Assembly (NCBI GenBank): GCA_029953675.1
Contig: JAMWBK010000008.1
Coordinates: 868,001-932,000 of the forward strand
Length of the DNA: 64,000 nt
DNA from: Rhodosorus marinus CCMP1338
Taxonomy: Eukaryota > Plantae > Rhodophyta
Direction of reading: 5' to 3'
Each line of letters begins with the position of its first letter. Position 1 is the first letter of the stretch. Positions 22,896 through 37,630 of the stretch are shown here, piece after piece. The notes beneath the pieces were generated by a model that had not been told where the DNA came from, did no database searches, and worked only from the letters and a program-made list of their open reading frames with translations. A program made the translations under genes and the position numbers.

Positions 22896-24905
22896 TCACA
22901 TATCCATTTTCGAGTCAGGGTCGCTCTTAGACTTTTTGTAGGGCCTCTCCGGCTGTGTGTACAAGACGTCCTCGTGTGGGTGGCGGTACAACGGCTGCTT
23001 CATTCTCTTCTGGTCGAGCGCGTGTCCAATCAGCCCAATGGATCTCGAGAGTACGAAGATCCCGTTCAGCGCTCCTAGCTCTAAGATCTCACCTACTTCC
23101 ACATCAGAAAACGATTCACAACCGGACAGCATGTCCACGAAAAGGGCTCCAATGCAACCGTCAATATTGAGAACCAGGTTGTTCGCCTTCTGAAGAGTAT
23201 AGCCCTCTACGGTCTCCGCATATGATAAGTACTTGGTTGAAGGGAAGTTCTCTTTGGCGTACCCGCTGAGGAGCTCTACCCTCATGTCCCGGTTCTCCGC
23301 TGTCTTAATGCGATGACCAATACCCTCGACGCGCAATCCTTTTTTCTTCAGCCCTTCCACGAAGGCCTCGGCGCTCGTATCCGAGTCACACGCGTTCCTG
23401 AAGTTGATCGCTGCTTGGTCGACCGCTCCGCCGAATCTAGGCCCAATTGTCAACAGTCCAGAACAGAGACTGGAGACCAGATCCTTTCCAGCTCTAGCTG
23501 CGACGATGGAGTTGTGCGCACCGCTTACGCATGGTCCATGATCAGCTGCGGTCACGAGAACCAGCTCGATGAACTTGGTCGCCCACGGTGGGAGTAACCT
23601 CTTGAACCACAGTAGGGAAATTACATCACCAACGGAATAGCTTTGTCCGATGACCTCGGAAATGGGCACTCCAACGTACGATGGCTCCTCTCCTCGATCG
23701 TCTGAGATTGTACAAACCATGTTCGTTGCTTTACGGACCTGCCCCGCCTTGATTGCTTGATGCAAATCTCCAGGCAGCATCTGCGGCTCGATCTCCGGCT
23801 TGGGTACCAGCTCTCCTGAACAACGGATCACGGCGATTAAGCGATCTGGTTTTAGACTTGGGGAAGAAAGTGCCGTCCAAATAATCGAGGATTACGTGCA
23901 CTGGTACGGCCTTCGCAGCATACCTGATTCCACCAGTTTCATATAAGTTTCAGCGATGAGCGGTTCAAAACCTTCGAAGGATGTGGGACAGATGGCTCCC
24001 GCTTCTCGAAGTGCGGTGAGCTTGGAAGCCGCGGATTCATCCAAGTTGCCCGATCTTGCACCAGCATGTCCAAACTGGACCTCGGCGCTGTTGAAATAAG
24101 TAGCGCATGATCCACTGATCCAGGCGACAATGGGTTTGGTCAATACTCCAGATTTAAGCATCTCAGAAACGCCGTACTCATCTGAACCCCCAAGTTCACC
24201 AAGGACGACGATCATCTTGATCTCCGGAATGTCCTGAAAACGTCGCACATGATCAGAGAGCGTTGTACCAGGGTACGCGTCTCCTCCAACCGCAACTCCT
24301 TCAAACAGGCCATCCGTGGTTCTCGCCAGAACATTGTACATCTCATTGGACAGACCTCCGGACTTGCTCACAAACCCGATCGAACCTGGACGATGAAGCT
24401 TGCATCGAATAATGTTCTCAACGGTACCTGCAGTATCTCCAATCTTGAACCCTCCGGCTTGTATTCCTCCAACAGTAGCCGGTCCAATCATCACCTTGTT
24501 CGACTTTTTGCATTCTGCAATCAACACCTTCACATCCCGCTCGGGAACACCTTCAGCAATAATAACTAGTACACGAATAGAAGGCACAGGCAAACAATCC
24601 AACGTCGACTGATAAGCCGATCTATGAGACGAGTAATTCACAAACACGTCTGCCTTGGGGTGAGCCGCGGCGGCCTCGGCGCTCGATCCGTACACTGGAA
24701 TCGCGATCTCCGTGTTACCAAAAAACGCCTTCCTGAAACCACCCGGTTTGGATCCTGGAGACACAATCGCTGCAATAGACGGCTTCTCCCGTCGACAAAG
24801 GTAGTCAAAGTCGAGCATACGCTGTACAGGGGCAGCCTTGTAATTATAAAACAGAGCCTGAGTTTCACGCGAAAACAGACTACCACCCTCCATACTTCCA
24901 CCCAT
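22896..24905 (-). CDS. ACLB: ATP-citrate lyase subunit B (SCS-alpha-like plus citrate-synthase-like); complement(join(22896..23815,23924..24905))
   Basis: VQRMLDFDYLCRR, GPATVGGI, SKSGGLSNE, phospho-His motif QFGHAGA, ADHGPCVSGAHN, GPRFGGA, GIGHRIK, LYRHP. The intron GTATGC...TTCAG joins the two ORFs. Confidence 0.96.
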
Positions 24906-26269
24906 TCTTCTTTAGAAACAAAAACAAAATTCCCCTCCTTACCCTCCCCAAATCCCTCAAACGATCTTCCTCAAAACTATCCCTCCCTCAGATCCCTCCC
25001 TTTTCAGAGGAAAAACAATCATCATATTCATCCCCCCCCCAAAAAAACGCCTTCACCACTTTTAGAAAGGCCAACTTCCATTCCACTTCACTCGCGACCA
25101 TCTTCATCACCACAAAGTTGACACGGAAAACCCTGTGCAAACTGGAAACCAAATTCAGATTATAAATAACGAAAATTCAATAAAATCGCGCTGTCAGGGT
25201 TAGGACGGGTTCAGCATAGTCCACTGGAGGGGGAGGGGGGTTGAGATTCTGGTGGTTTCTGAAGATTTACAGTCTGTGTAGCTTTTATGACCAAGTTTTG
25301 GCCACAACATGTCCATAACATCCCCCCCCCTCCCTCCGCAGCGACGTATTGTGTAGTGATCATCATATTCGGTAGGTTTTGTTTGGCTGACTGGACATCA
25401 TCGGCGATCTGATCGGATTCGTGAGGATCTTTCCACATGGTCCTCAACTCGGCTGGACGCTGGCCTGAAGCTCTCTGTCCGAAAGCGAACTGGGGGTGTG
25501 GTTTACGCCTAATCGATGCTGACATTCGCCGATCCGCGGTTACGTTAGAGGAGTTGGTGCACTATTATCGAAGCTGGTAGTCTAGGCTAATCTGACCCTT
25601 CTGAGAATCTTCAGCATATTTCTGCGGCAGCATTCTGCAGCGGACGGCGTACAGGCGGTGTTGGCGCCAGCTACTTCCTCCGCTCGTTGATAACTATTGG
25701 CGCCGGTCTTCTACTGAACTTATCTAGCTGTAGCGACAGAGTCCAGGCGGAACCCACTGTTTCAATGTCGTCTACATCTAGTAATGTTATTCAGAACCTG
25801 CTCACTGTAGACCGCAATAGAGTCTCAAGCTGAGCCGTGCGTTTTCACCTCAACTCGGGGTCCCCCCAGATTGACGACTTGAGGTCCTAGCCGCCTGATC
25901 CATTCAATTTGACGAGCTTCGGATCTGACCATTGGTAGTTCGATTCCTGACCAGGTCCCTGAGCAGTGTTGCATTCTGTAGGACTCAAGCTGAAGTACTA
26001 GAAGCCGGAACGATCAGCCCGTTTCTCGTGCTTCTAGAGACGATTTGCGCATGGTATTTCTTTCTTTACATAAGGTTTCAAAGGGAGAGGCTATGGAGCT
26101 TCATGAGCCTCAAGGCTTTGACAAAGTTAGAGCAGATTCATTCCTCTAGTTTTTCTGTGCACAACAATGAATCTTGATTGTCCTTCCAAGTCGATCAGAC
26201 ATGAACTCTGATCTCTAGGAAAGTAGTTTGCCCCCTGGTTATCCTCATTGATAACTATCGCGTTTGTCC

Positions 26270-29200
26270 TTACAAAAGCAGCAAAGCATCAGATATCAGG
26301 GCAGCCTTGTCCTTTCCCACAAGCCGACACGGCTGTCCATTGATTGTTTTAGACTTCAGAAAGTTTCGCAGGTGGGCAACGGTGAGGCGTTTGAGCACTC
26401 CCTCAGAATGTTCGAGTCTATCACGGTTGACGAGTGCCAGCACAAGCTCTTCGCTTTCAGGATCTGAGACAGTAGAGAAACGAAAGCGAAGAGCTTGGGA
26501 TATCAGCAATCGACGCGCAAATGATCAGCCACTGCACCCAAATCGAGAACGCACCCACTCCGCCACTCCGACTTCGTTCGGAGGAGTCAGTTGAATTCGA
26601 TCCGTTTCGCTTTCTCCTTCGGGAAATGAATGGTGTAGCATTCTTAAGCAGCCATTCAGGATCATTGACGTCGTCCAGTTGTGCTTCAGCAGTGTCCGAT
26701 GATTGACTATCCAGTTGGTCATCTTCTTCCTGGTTCAAGTACTGCCGGTCGACTGGAAACTGTATTCTTCTTTCAATGCGTCGGACGTTCGGAACTGAAT
26801 CATCGATCTCATTTTTCAGACCGTCCACGATTAGGCTCGAACAAGAAAGCCGTCCGATCGAAGATGGACTGCTATGGTCTTTCAGCGTAGTTCGAGCAGG
26901 TTTGTCTTGAGAGGACAGCTTTTCGCGGGCATCTCGAGCTGACTCCTCTACTTGCAGTCTCATGAACGCAACGTCCAGTTCCGCCTGCTTCTCCGAAAGG
27001 TCGCATTCGAGGGCAGAGATTCGGGCTCGAGAGTCTGTGATTTTTGTGAACATGACTCGAAGCATAGCTCGTGCGTCCGATGAGCTCCGAACATCATTCC
27101 AGCGCTTATCATCAGCAGCTTGTCCTTCGTGTTGACCTCGCAGCGCCATTAATCGAGTCTGTGCCTCGTTTAGCCGTTTACTGTGGTCAGCTATCGCTGC
27201 CTGGAGTGAGGAGGAGTCACCGCCCTGTCGTTTGATCCGTTCAGCTTCTTTCGCTTTCTCTGCCCTTTCCCTCTGCTCCTTGTTTGCTGCTTTTCTGAGA
27301 GCTTCAATTTCAACTTTCCCTGAAATGTGGTTCTGGATTTGTTTTTCGATTGTGGCAGCCAACTTCGTTCTTGACGGCTTCCTGGCGGTTGACGAATGCT
27401 TCGCGATAGTTCCTTCTAGTCGGGCCATCGCCTCCTTCAACCGCTTCTTAATTGTTTCTGCCTCCTTGTTCTTGCGGCTGAGTAGCTCCTCGCGAAGCGT
27501 CTCGCGTTCTTGGAGCCGTTGCACTCGAAGCGTCTTTTTCATGTCCTCTTTTTTCAGCTGAGCAATTTCGTGATCCTTCGAGCGGACCTCGTTCCTGTGC
27601 GTCTTCGCGGAAGCTTCCATCTGCCTGGCGAGCTTCGCCTTCTGCTGTTTAATAAGCACGATATCCGAACGAAGCTTCTGTCTCTGCCCCTCTGCGCCTT
27701 CCCTTTCTCTGCGGAGTTGTTCCGTCTCTTTTAGCTGCACCCGAAGGTTTGAGATTCTACTTTCGAGGTCCTTCAGTTTGACCCTGTACTTTGATCGATC
27801 TTCTGCTCTTGCTGCATTGTTGTTGCGCTCAATATCCTTCAGTTTGTTTCGGAGTCTCTCTTTCTCCGTCTCCAGCGTCTCCACATGTCTCTCATAGCTC
27901 AATTGCAGCTCCGCCGCCCTTCCTACCATGTGTTCCATCTTAGCCATTTCGGCTTGCTTCTCGTTCAATTGCATCTCTAGCTCTTCCATCTCGCGACTCA
28001 GTTGCAGACGAACGGCGGCATTCTTCTGCTCCAAAGCATCTGAATGTAGAGCTTCTTCCCCTTTAGGAGCCTCCCGCGAACAGTTTTCCTTTTCTTCGTC
28101 GTCTGAACTCCCGGATGAGCCACTATCTTGTCCGTCTGAAGGACTATCAAATCCCTCCTCTTCGGAAACCATTTGCCAGCCACCCCCATCTTCACTGGCG
28201 CTATCGATTGCATCCATGGCCTCACCTCCATAGTCTCCTTCTCCTTCTTGGGATATCCGTAACTGACACTGCAGTATACCGATTCTCTTCCTCAGCTTCT
28301 TGTTTTCTTCCTGACATCTCGTCAATTCGTTTCGAATCAACGAATCGTCTGCAGAACGCAGGACAACGATCTGGTCCCTCGCAGCTTCCAGTTGAAGTTT
28401 CAGCGATGCAATTTCAGCCGAAGGATCTTCATGGTCAACGTTCTTAACAACTCTGTTTCTAATCTTTCTCGCTCTCGCCGCGTACTTGAGCGTGTTCAGG
28501 GTTTCATCCAGATTCACATCCGCTGGACTCACACATGCGATAAGTATGGTCTGACTATTTCCCCCAAGTGAATCTTGAAGCAAACGAGTCAACTTGGAGT
28601 CTCGATATGGGACGTGAACGAAGCCGCTACTTGAAATGCTGTCCACAAGAGCACTGATGACCTTCCCAAGTGCTAGCAAGCCCTTGTTAATAGAAACACC
28701 TTCTCGGAAGCGTTGGCCTTCAGCCTTCGTTCGCTTAACTCTCTCCGAGCCAGCTAGATCAACAAAGTGAAGCTTGCTCCGCAATATCTCTGTGCCGCCC
28801 CCATCATTGGTGAGAGTCTGCTCAATGCTCAGTGTCAGAATCGCGTGAGAGCGACTGGACGTCAGGTTCATCTCCGTAGCCGCAGTCGCACGGGTTCGAG
28901 AACCATCAGCTAGGCAAATTTCTACATCTCTGGCCGTCTTGACCTCACGCTCCACAACTCCAGCAATATGAACCCCTTTCCCAGGATTTTCACGAAGGAA
29001 GAGTCCGCCGCCTGGTGTTGGATGCCTTGACAGTAGGTCCCGTATCTCTTCCCTATGAAGCTCTACAAAGCTTGCAGAAGCTTTCCATGATCGATCCGAA
29101 GCTTGACAAAGCCTCGTGAAGACTTCACTAATGGCCTTGTTGGCAAGGCCCCCCGGTTGCCCAGGACGAGTGATCCCCGTTCCCATGGTGTACGTCTTCC

Positions 29201-29486
29201 CAGAGCCGGTCTGGCCATAGGCGAGTATCGTGGCATTGAACCCCTTCAAGATCTCTTCAACTAGGGGTCGACCACATACATCGTGTAGGGTGTGGGAATC
29301 TCTACCGTCACTCCCGAAAACGTAATCGAAGGGGAAGCCGTGCCCGCTTCCTCTTGGATAGACGACATCCGGTTCTTGCGGTTTAACGAAGACGCATTTC
29401 TCACATCCTTCAGACCTTTCTTTCTCAATCAGAGGTCGAACGTGGACGGCAACCTTCACCGAACACTCTGCTCCTTCTCGATCCAT
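26270..29486 (-). CDS. Kinesin-4 family motor (chromokinesin/KIF4/KIF21-like) with a probable SAP/HeH-like last exon; complement(join(26270..26463,26555..29486))
   Basis: Motor motifs AYGQTGSGKT, SSRSH, DLAGSER, HVPYRDSKLTRLLQDSLGGNS, followed by a long coiled coil with kinesin-4-like QLKK...LQ...LSRK. The proposed last intron is GTGCGT(26554)...GCTGAT...CTCAG(26464). The unspliced ORF would end at 26457. Confidence 0.9.
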
Positions 29487-30257
29487 TCAAAAGCATCGCA
29501 CGGTAGAGTATCAGCAACCAATCATCCTATGGATTTCACTCTGCACAAGCCCACGATTGAACCCTAGCACAACTCCACGATTCACACCCAGAAACTGACA
29601 AACTCAATATCCAGTACACATCCTTTCCAAACCTATTTCCGGGTACTTGCTGACATGTACAGCAGAACTAAGCTTGCTCACCAGCTATTGCAACACTGTA
29701 CCTTTCCCTGAAAGCGAAGTAGAACGGGCATTAGTCGATAACGGCAAAGTTGACACGCGACCTCCGATTGGCCCGCTCGCCCAATTCAAAAAAGGACGTT
29801 AATTTTACCATATTCAGTATATTTAAATAAATTGATTGATCAACGTCAAAATTGATTGGTGAAGTATTTGTTTCTTCTTTGCTGTTGGATGCTTTTTGCT
29901 AAGGTGTTCAGACAACCCTGTATACTCCGCCTTAAGCGGATAGAAATGGACTACTGTGAGGGTGGGCTACGAGGAATATTTAGCCAACCTGAGTGGCAAT
30001 TCAAATCGCCACGCAACTGAGGAGAGAGGAAAGCCAAAGCTTGTTCGCTCGCGTTGCAATGAGCAACTACGCCAGAAGCGTCGCTTGGGGGGTTTGCGCT
30101 GGTCTGCATGATTCCTGGACAAGGAGAATAATCGTTTTCGGTACATTTCCTGTCAAGCTAAGCTTACCAAAATCTCTAAATTGAAAGGATAGGCGTGAGG
30201 AAATTTTGGAGTGGACGGGAACAAGCTTGTTCGGCGACATTGAGTTTTACCAATTTC

Positions 30258-32118
<1,861 letters not shown>

Positions 32119-33434
32119 CCTTACAAACCTTTACACAAAATCGCCCCACCCTAACCAAACAAAAAAGTTCTCAACCACAACTTCCACCCCCCCCCCCACA
32201 CGCGCGTACAAATCCAACAACCTCCCAGAAACCCGCCTTTGCTTCGGATATCAGACGCTTATCCTCGTAACCTATCCCTCTAAGCTCATCACAAACCGCC
32301 CTTAAAACCCGTCCGCAATAATCCCTCACACCATAACACCTTTCATACCCCGTATTCCCATACAACTGCCCCAACAGTCAAATCTGATTAAATAGAGACA
32401 GCGCTCTGTACCATCCTCAACAGAACAATCCCAACGTCAAATGTTGTGATCCGATAACACCAAGAATTATATTTTAGTTAAAAATTTAAGGGCCCGATCC
32501 CAGTTGATCCTTATCTAGACTTAATTGATTCTATATATCCAGATGTAGACTATATATTGATATTAACTAGAAAAAACAGGATTATTCTTCTACATGTACT
32601 TTAATTATGTACTGGGGTTTGTTGACAAGACAGTTTTAGGAAGTGGAGGGGTCGGGTCGGACAGGAGGCCTCTAAGACGGCTTTATACTTCGCTAGGAAA
32701 GAGTATCTCTGTCTGATCACCTCGCAGATATTACTAGGAATGTGCAGATCCATGACAACAGAAAACATGACAGCGACGAAGAACTTTTTTTCTCTTGACG
32801 AGGGTCGTCTGGATATGTGTGGAAATAGATACTGGCGTCCCCCCGAGCGGATGCGGTGTCGCTTCCCACTCCTAGGCAGGGCGTACCAGCAAATTATACT
32901 ACCTAAATCGTTTTAGTTGGTACCCAACACAACCGTGGACAGTCTTCTCAACCCACGCGTGCGACAAAGGATCAATCTGTAGACCTGATTACCGGAAAAC
33001 GCTCTGAATGTCGTACCATACTCTCGAGAAAGCCTTCAAAGTGCCAAACCGATGGTCTACCAACTCATCAAGGCATGAACTGACATTAACAAAGAAAGCA
33101 TATCTTAGATTATGCAATCATAGTACAAAGTATATATTTTATATGAAATATTATTCTATATTTAGATATATTTGTTTCTATTTTATGAATGTTGTTGGTT
33201 TCGAGGACTTGTTCAACCCATGGGGTTCATCTGTTTTGACGAGGATGAGATGGGGATGAACTAGTTCAGCTCGGATTGGTTGTGGATGTAGGTTTCTGCT
33301 TCTTTGGAGTATTTCGTAGGTTGTTTGGTTAGGACGAACAGGAAGCAAAAGGGTTGATTTTGAAGGGCAAAACGTGTAGCTTGGGTGGTCCACGGTTTCC
33401 TGTTGTTAGTGTGTCCTTTTTGTTTGGTTGAGCG

Positions 33435-34491
33435 ATGGATGAGGAACTTTTTGAGCTCAAGAACTATTTCTACCTCGGAAACTTTGCTGCTGCCATTCAG
33501 GAAGGTACCACGTTGTCTGTGGAAGATCTAGGTTTGAAGATCGACAAGGATGTGTATCTGTTTCGGGTGGATATCGCGAAGGGGAACCTCGATAAGGTGA
33601 TGTCGAAGGTTGGCGATGAAGCGCCTTTGGCGTTGAGGGCTGTGAAATTGTACGCGACGTATTTGAAGGATCGTTCAAATTCGGTGATAATAATAGAAAC
33701 CATAAAGGAGTGGATGGAAGATGCAGCTTGTGCTTCGAACTCGACGTTCCTGCTGATGTGCGCGATGATCTATGCGCAAGAGAAGGACTTTGACAATGCC
33801 TTGCGGTTAGCGAACAAGGGAATTACAATGGAGCATAAGGCTTTGAAAGTTCAGATATTCATCGCAATGGACAGAGTCGACAACGCAAACGTCGAGCTTG
33901 AAATAATGAGAAGGTTCGCACTTGCCTCTGGAAGCATCCGATGGCTTTTGAGAGTCTTCAGCTACTGATTTACTGGTTCAATTTCTCGACCGCAGGGAGG
34001 ATGAATACGCAACTCTAACCCAACTGTGCTCGTGCTGGGTCAACCTGGCAAGTGGCGGCTCGGCTGTCCAAGAGGCACTCTATACATATCAGGAATTGCT
34101 GGAGAGGCATGGATCGACAGAGCCGCTTTTGAATGGAGTCGCGCTCTGCCAGATCGCATTGAACAAGTGTGCAAGCCTACCCGACCTCTGGGAATCCCGC
34201 AGCAAACAGAGGTGGAACTGATCGAAGTATTCTACTATTTCCATTATCTGCAGATATGATGACGCGGAGAGGACTCTCCAAGAGGCTTTGGGGAAGAATC
34301 CAAACCACCCGGACACTTTGGCAAATTGCATTGTATGCTCAACGCACAAGAAGAAACGACAGGAGCTTGTAGATCGGTACAAGGCACAGCTCGAAACAGT
34401 GGGTGGAGAAGATCATGCATGGTTGAACGCGGAGAAACAGTTCAGGACTATGTTTGACTCTGCAGTTGCATCTGCGATTGCAGACGCTTGA
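33435..34491 (+). CDS. COPE: Coatomer subunit epsilon; join(33435..33913,33996..34166,34254..34491)
   Basis: DELFELKNYFYLGNF start, EDEYATLTQLCSCWVNL, and TPR-like LLNGVALCQIAL...AERTLQEALGKNPNHPDTLAN. Confidence 0.93.
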
Positions 34492-34804
34492 TGAGAAGAA
34501 ACTTTTTTCCACCGTGCGCGCAATGACTATTCTACCATCAACATATGCACTTTGTAAATGAGAGACTTTTTTCAGCTCGAACCCAGGCAAAGTCGATTTC
34601 TCACAAGTTGAACTTCATATTTCAAATAGTCTTAGTTGATAATCCTCTCCAAAGGAACTGCTCGTTGATCGCTGTTAAGAAAAGGTTGCCCAAAAATGTT
34701 TGGCTAACGAAGAAACCAAAAATCTCGGACCAGACCCCTTCCAGCAGCAGGGCTTGGCACAGAAGCAGATTGGATCCAACAAACCTTCCCTGTGTTCGAA
34801 CGAT

Positions 34805-36054
34805 TCATTGCATCTTCCCACTTCGGAGAATGTCAATCATGTTGAAAATCTGTTGGTCCCCGCCGAGCGCCCTCTTCTCAACGAGGAACTCCGCGGCGTC
34901 CACGGTTCCCTCTGCATAGACGAGACGACCTCTTACGTTGTGCTTGAACTCCAGAGTCACCGTTCCATCTGGACTGGTCAACGTGTATGTATGATAGGCG
35001 TGGCCCTTCAGATATTTCATAGGTACCCCCATTCGATCCAGCTGCTCCGCCTCAGTGCGGACTTTCTCGACATGGTCTACAGGGAAGTCTACTCCCATAT
35101 CATTGAAAGAGTTAATCACCGCCTTCGCTGTTCCCGATGTGTCTGCCTTGGTAGATTGGTGTGACTCAACCACATTCATAGTATAGCCAGACAGGCATCC
35201 AGGAAATTCTGTCGAGATGGACTTCATCATAGCCTGAAAAGCCACGATCTGTTTGCCCATGTTTGGAGCGATGACCGAATACACGCCGGAGGACCTCATC
35301 ACCGCCTCTCTCTGCTCGAGAAAAAATGCACGTTGATTAATCAGATCACGAGAACACTATAGGTTTCAGGCATTGACCAACCATTGCTTCTTCGTCTCCT
35401 CCTGTTGTGCCTATGATGCTGTCAATGCCATACTTGGCGTAAAGCTCCACATTTCCGTTCACAGCAGTGGGGTGGGTGAAGTCTATCGCGACGACCCCTG
35501 GATATTTCTCCTTCACCTCTTTCAAAGCCTGATCTCGTTCGTCAGGTCTTTCGAAGCGCAACCAGAAGAAAAATTTTGAAGCAGGCTAAGTCCAAAAGGC
35601 TTTTCAGCGAGTACATATGTTGGAAACCTACCTGACCAGTTCAACCGAGTTTCCCTCAATTTCCATTGAAGTAACGCCCACATCAGCCCCGGTGAGACCA
35701 ACTGGAACTAGGCTATACCAGAAAACAGAAGAATAAGGAGGGGATAGGATAGCAGCTAAGATGTACCTAAGACCACTTTGGCAAACTTGCTCACGTATGT
35801 CGCCGAGCAACGGCCTCAGCGGTCTCAAGGGCCATTCCACCAGGCATCCCATTCACCATGATATAGATCAACTCATCGCCCATGCTCATCCTAACCCCCA
35901 GCCGTGGTGCTCGCACAGTCATAGACCTCCCAAATCCCTTCGTGCCCGCCTCTAATCTCGGCCGATCACAGCATCCGTGACGTCCATGTCGACCACCACC
36001 TACAGCAGCCAAACCACTTCCGTTCACAAATCCAACCTCGTCTACCACGTTCAT
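34805..36054 (-). CDS. dapB: Plastid-type 4-hydroxy-tetrahydrodipicolinate reductase (four exons, boundaries approximate)
   Basis: Transit-peptide-like leader, then IMVNGMPGGMA, VAIDFTHPTAV, IGTTGGD, VIAPNMGKQIVAFQ, VVESHQSTKADTSGTAKAV, GHAYHTY, EFKHNVRGR..YAEGTVDA. Confidence 0.93.
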
Positions 36055-36297
36055 CGTTACTTGCCTCCAAAAGCCTTCTCCTGTCTCCCAAACAAAAGTT
36101 AAACTGCTTGACATGAACAGAGAGGGGCACATTCATTGAAGATGTCTTCGAATCCATCATCGCCTCCGTCGATAAAAGTAAATCTCAATATCCTTTTCAT
36201 CCACATCGACTTTAAAAAGTTCTATTGAAAACAACATCGATAGGTCGATGAGTCCGGGCTCTGGGACAGGACAGCCTGTCCTCCTCGTTTGGCAAGT

Positions 36298-36596
36298 TGT
36301 TACGTCCTGGCCGAACAAGGAGTGTAGCCCAAAACAAGGCTAATAATAGATACGTCTAGATCTAATAATAGTACTCTAGCAAACCCAGGACATGAACCGG
36401 AAGCCTATAAATACGGAAGCTACGACCTTCCGTCTTAGGCCTAGAGCTGGTCCTCTAGCTAGTCCTCTAGCTAGTCCTCTAGCTAGTCCTCTAGCTCTAA
36501 TCCAGTAGGGTATCCAAGATAGATAAAAGACAAAAACAAAAAAGGGAATTTAAAATTATTTTGGATCACCGACACGCGTTAATGGGGAACGCGTCA
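36298..36596 (+). repeat. 5' LTR, with TATA-like CTATAAATA and a 4x12-bp internal tandem repeat at 36446-36493
   Basis: Homologous to 39330-39585 and to the solo LTR at 54213-54456. Confidence 0.95.
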
Positions 36597-36737
36597 AGTG
36601 GTCTCATCGCATGAGTTGCGATTGAGGAACATGAATGAGCCCAGAACCTGAAAACCTGGAAACCTGACAACCTAACAACCTAACAACCAGAAAAAAAAAC
36701 CAAAAAATTAAATAAATAACAATCTGACAACCAGAAG

Positions 36738-37235
36738 ATGACATCACTCATCAAGATTCAGGCTCCGCAGCCGGAAGCCTACGACGGGCGACGCGACGCC
36801 TTGCTCATCACTACGTTCCTGAACAGCCTGAGAACTTATTTCAAATTAGCGAGACTTCCCGACGACGATGACGAATACAACATTACCCTGCAGAAGGGTA
36901 TTTGACGGGTGATGCCTCCTACTGGTGGTCACTACTTCCCGACCACCAGAGACCAATGACATATGAAGGGTTCGAGCATACGCTCAAAGCCCAGTTCTAC
37001 CCAGCGGACGCCAAGATCCGTGCGAAACAGCAACTCGCAAAGGCGGAGCAGAGAACGACGGTAGCAGCCTACTCGGCTTACTTCAATAAATGTCTGATCC
37101 AGGTCGGAGCAATTTCGGATTCGGAGAAATTTGACAGACTTGTCGAAGGCCTGAAACCGGACGTCAAGCGGTACATCTATATACAAGATGTTACAACATT
37201 CGAGGAGGCTCAAAGACAACCTTCCAGAAGGGAAG
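36738..37235 (+). pseudogene. gag remnant (frameshift near 36890)
   Basis: PQPEAYDGRRDA...YLTGDASYWW...LKAQFYP...TVAAYSAYF...FVEGLKPDVK is a retrotransposon gag pattern. Confidence 0.85.
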
Positions 37236-37630
37236 CGAAACTTCCCTTCTGGAAGGTTGACTGTCCATCTCAGCGCCTTCGATTTTTAGAGCCAGAGTTT
37301 GAGCCTCCTCGAATGTTGTAACATCTTGTATATAGATGTACCGTTTTACGTCCGGTTTCAGGCCTTTAACCAATTCTTCAATCTCCTTTCATGGTTGACC
37401 AATAGTACTTCCTTTTCAAGTGGCCTCCGGTTGGCTTTTCATGGTAGCTCCGTAAAAGAGCGGGTACGAGACGTTCCGGAACGCAAGTCCTGTTATGCAA
37501 GAACAGGGTATCGTTCCTTCGCGTGAAACCTTGGGCAGCATACTTCTGGTCTTCCCGTAACACCTCACTGAATTCTGGGTCCTGAAGGTAAGCCTGCTGC
37601 CAGTTGAGGTCGCTGTTGATCGACGAAATT

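Noticed and set aside
25220-26200. Decayed gene downstream of the kinesin
   Set aside because: Frames look codon-like but carry many stops and show no recognisable homology, so it cannot be supported.
22845-28447. Numerous antisense ORFs over ACLB, kinesin and other genes
   Set aside because: Shadows of well-supported genes on the opposite strand.
36446-36493. CRISPR-like or other repeat-spacer array (also 53033-53216)
   Set aside because: Head-to-tail tandem repeats without unique spacers, in a eukaryotic context. No CRISPR array is seen anywhere in the window.
36597-36615. Tf1-type self-priming
   Set aside because: No sequence complementary to the PBS was found in the LTR R region.
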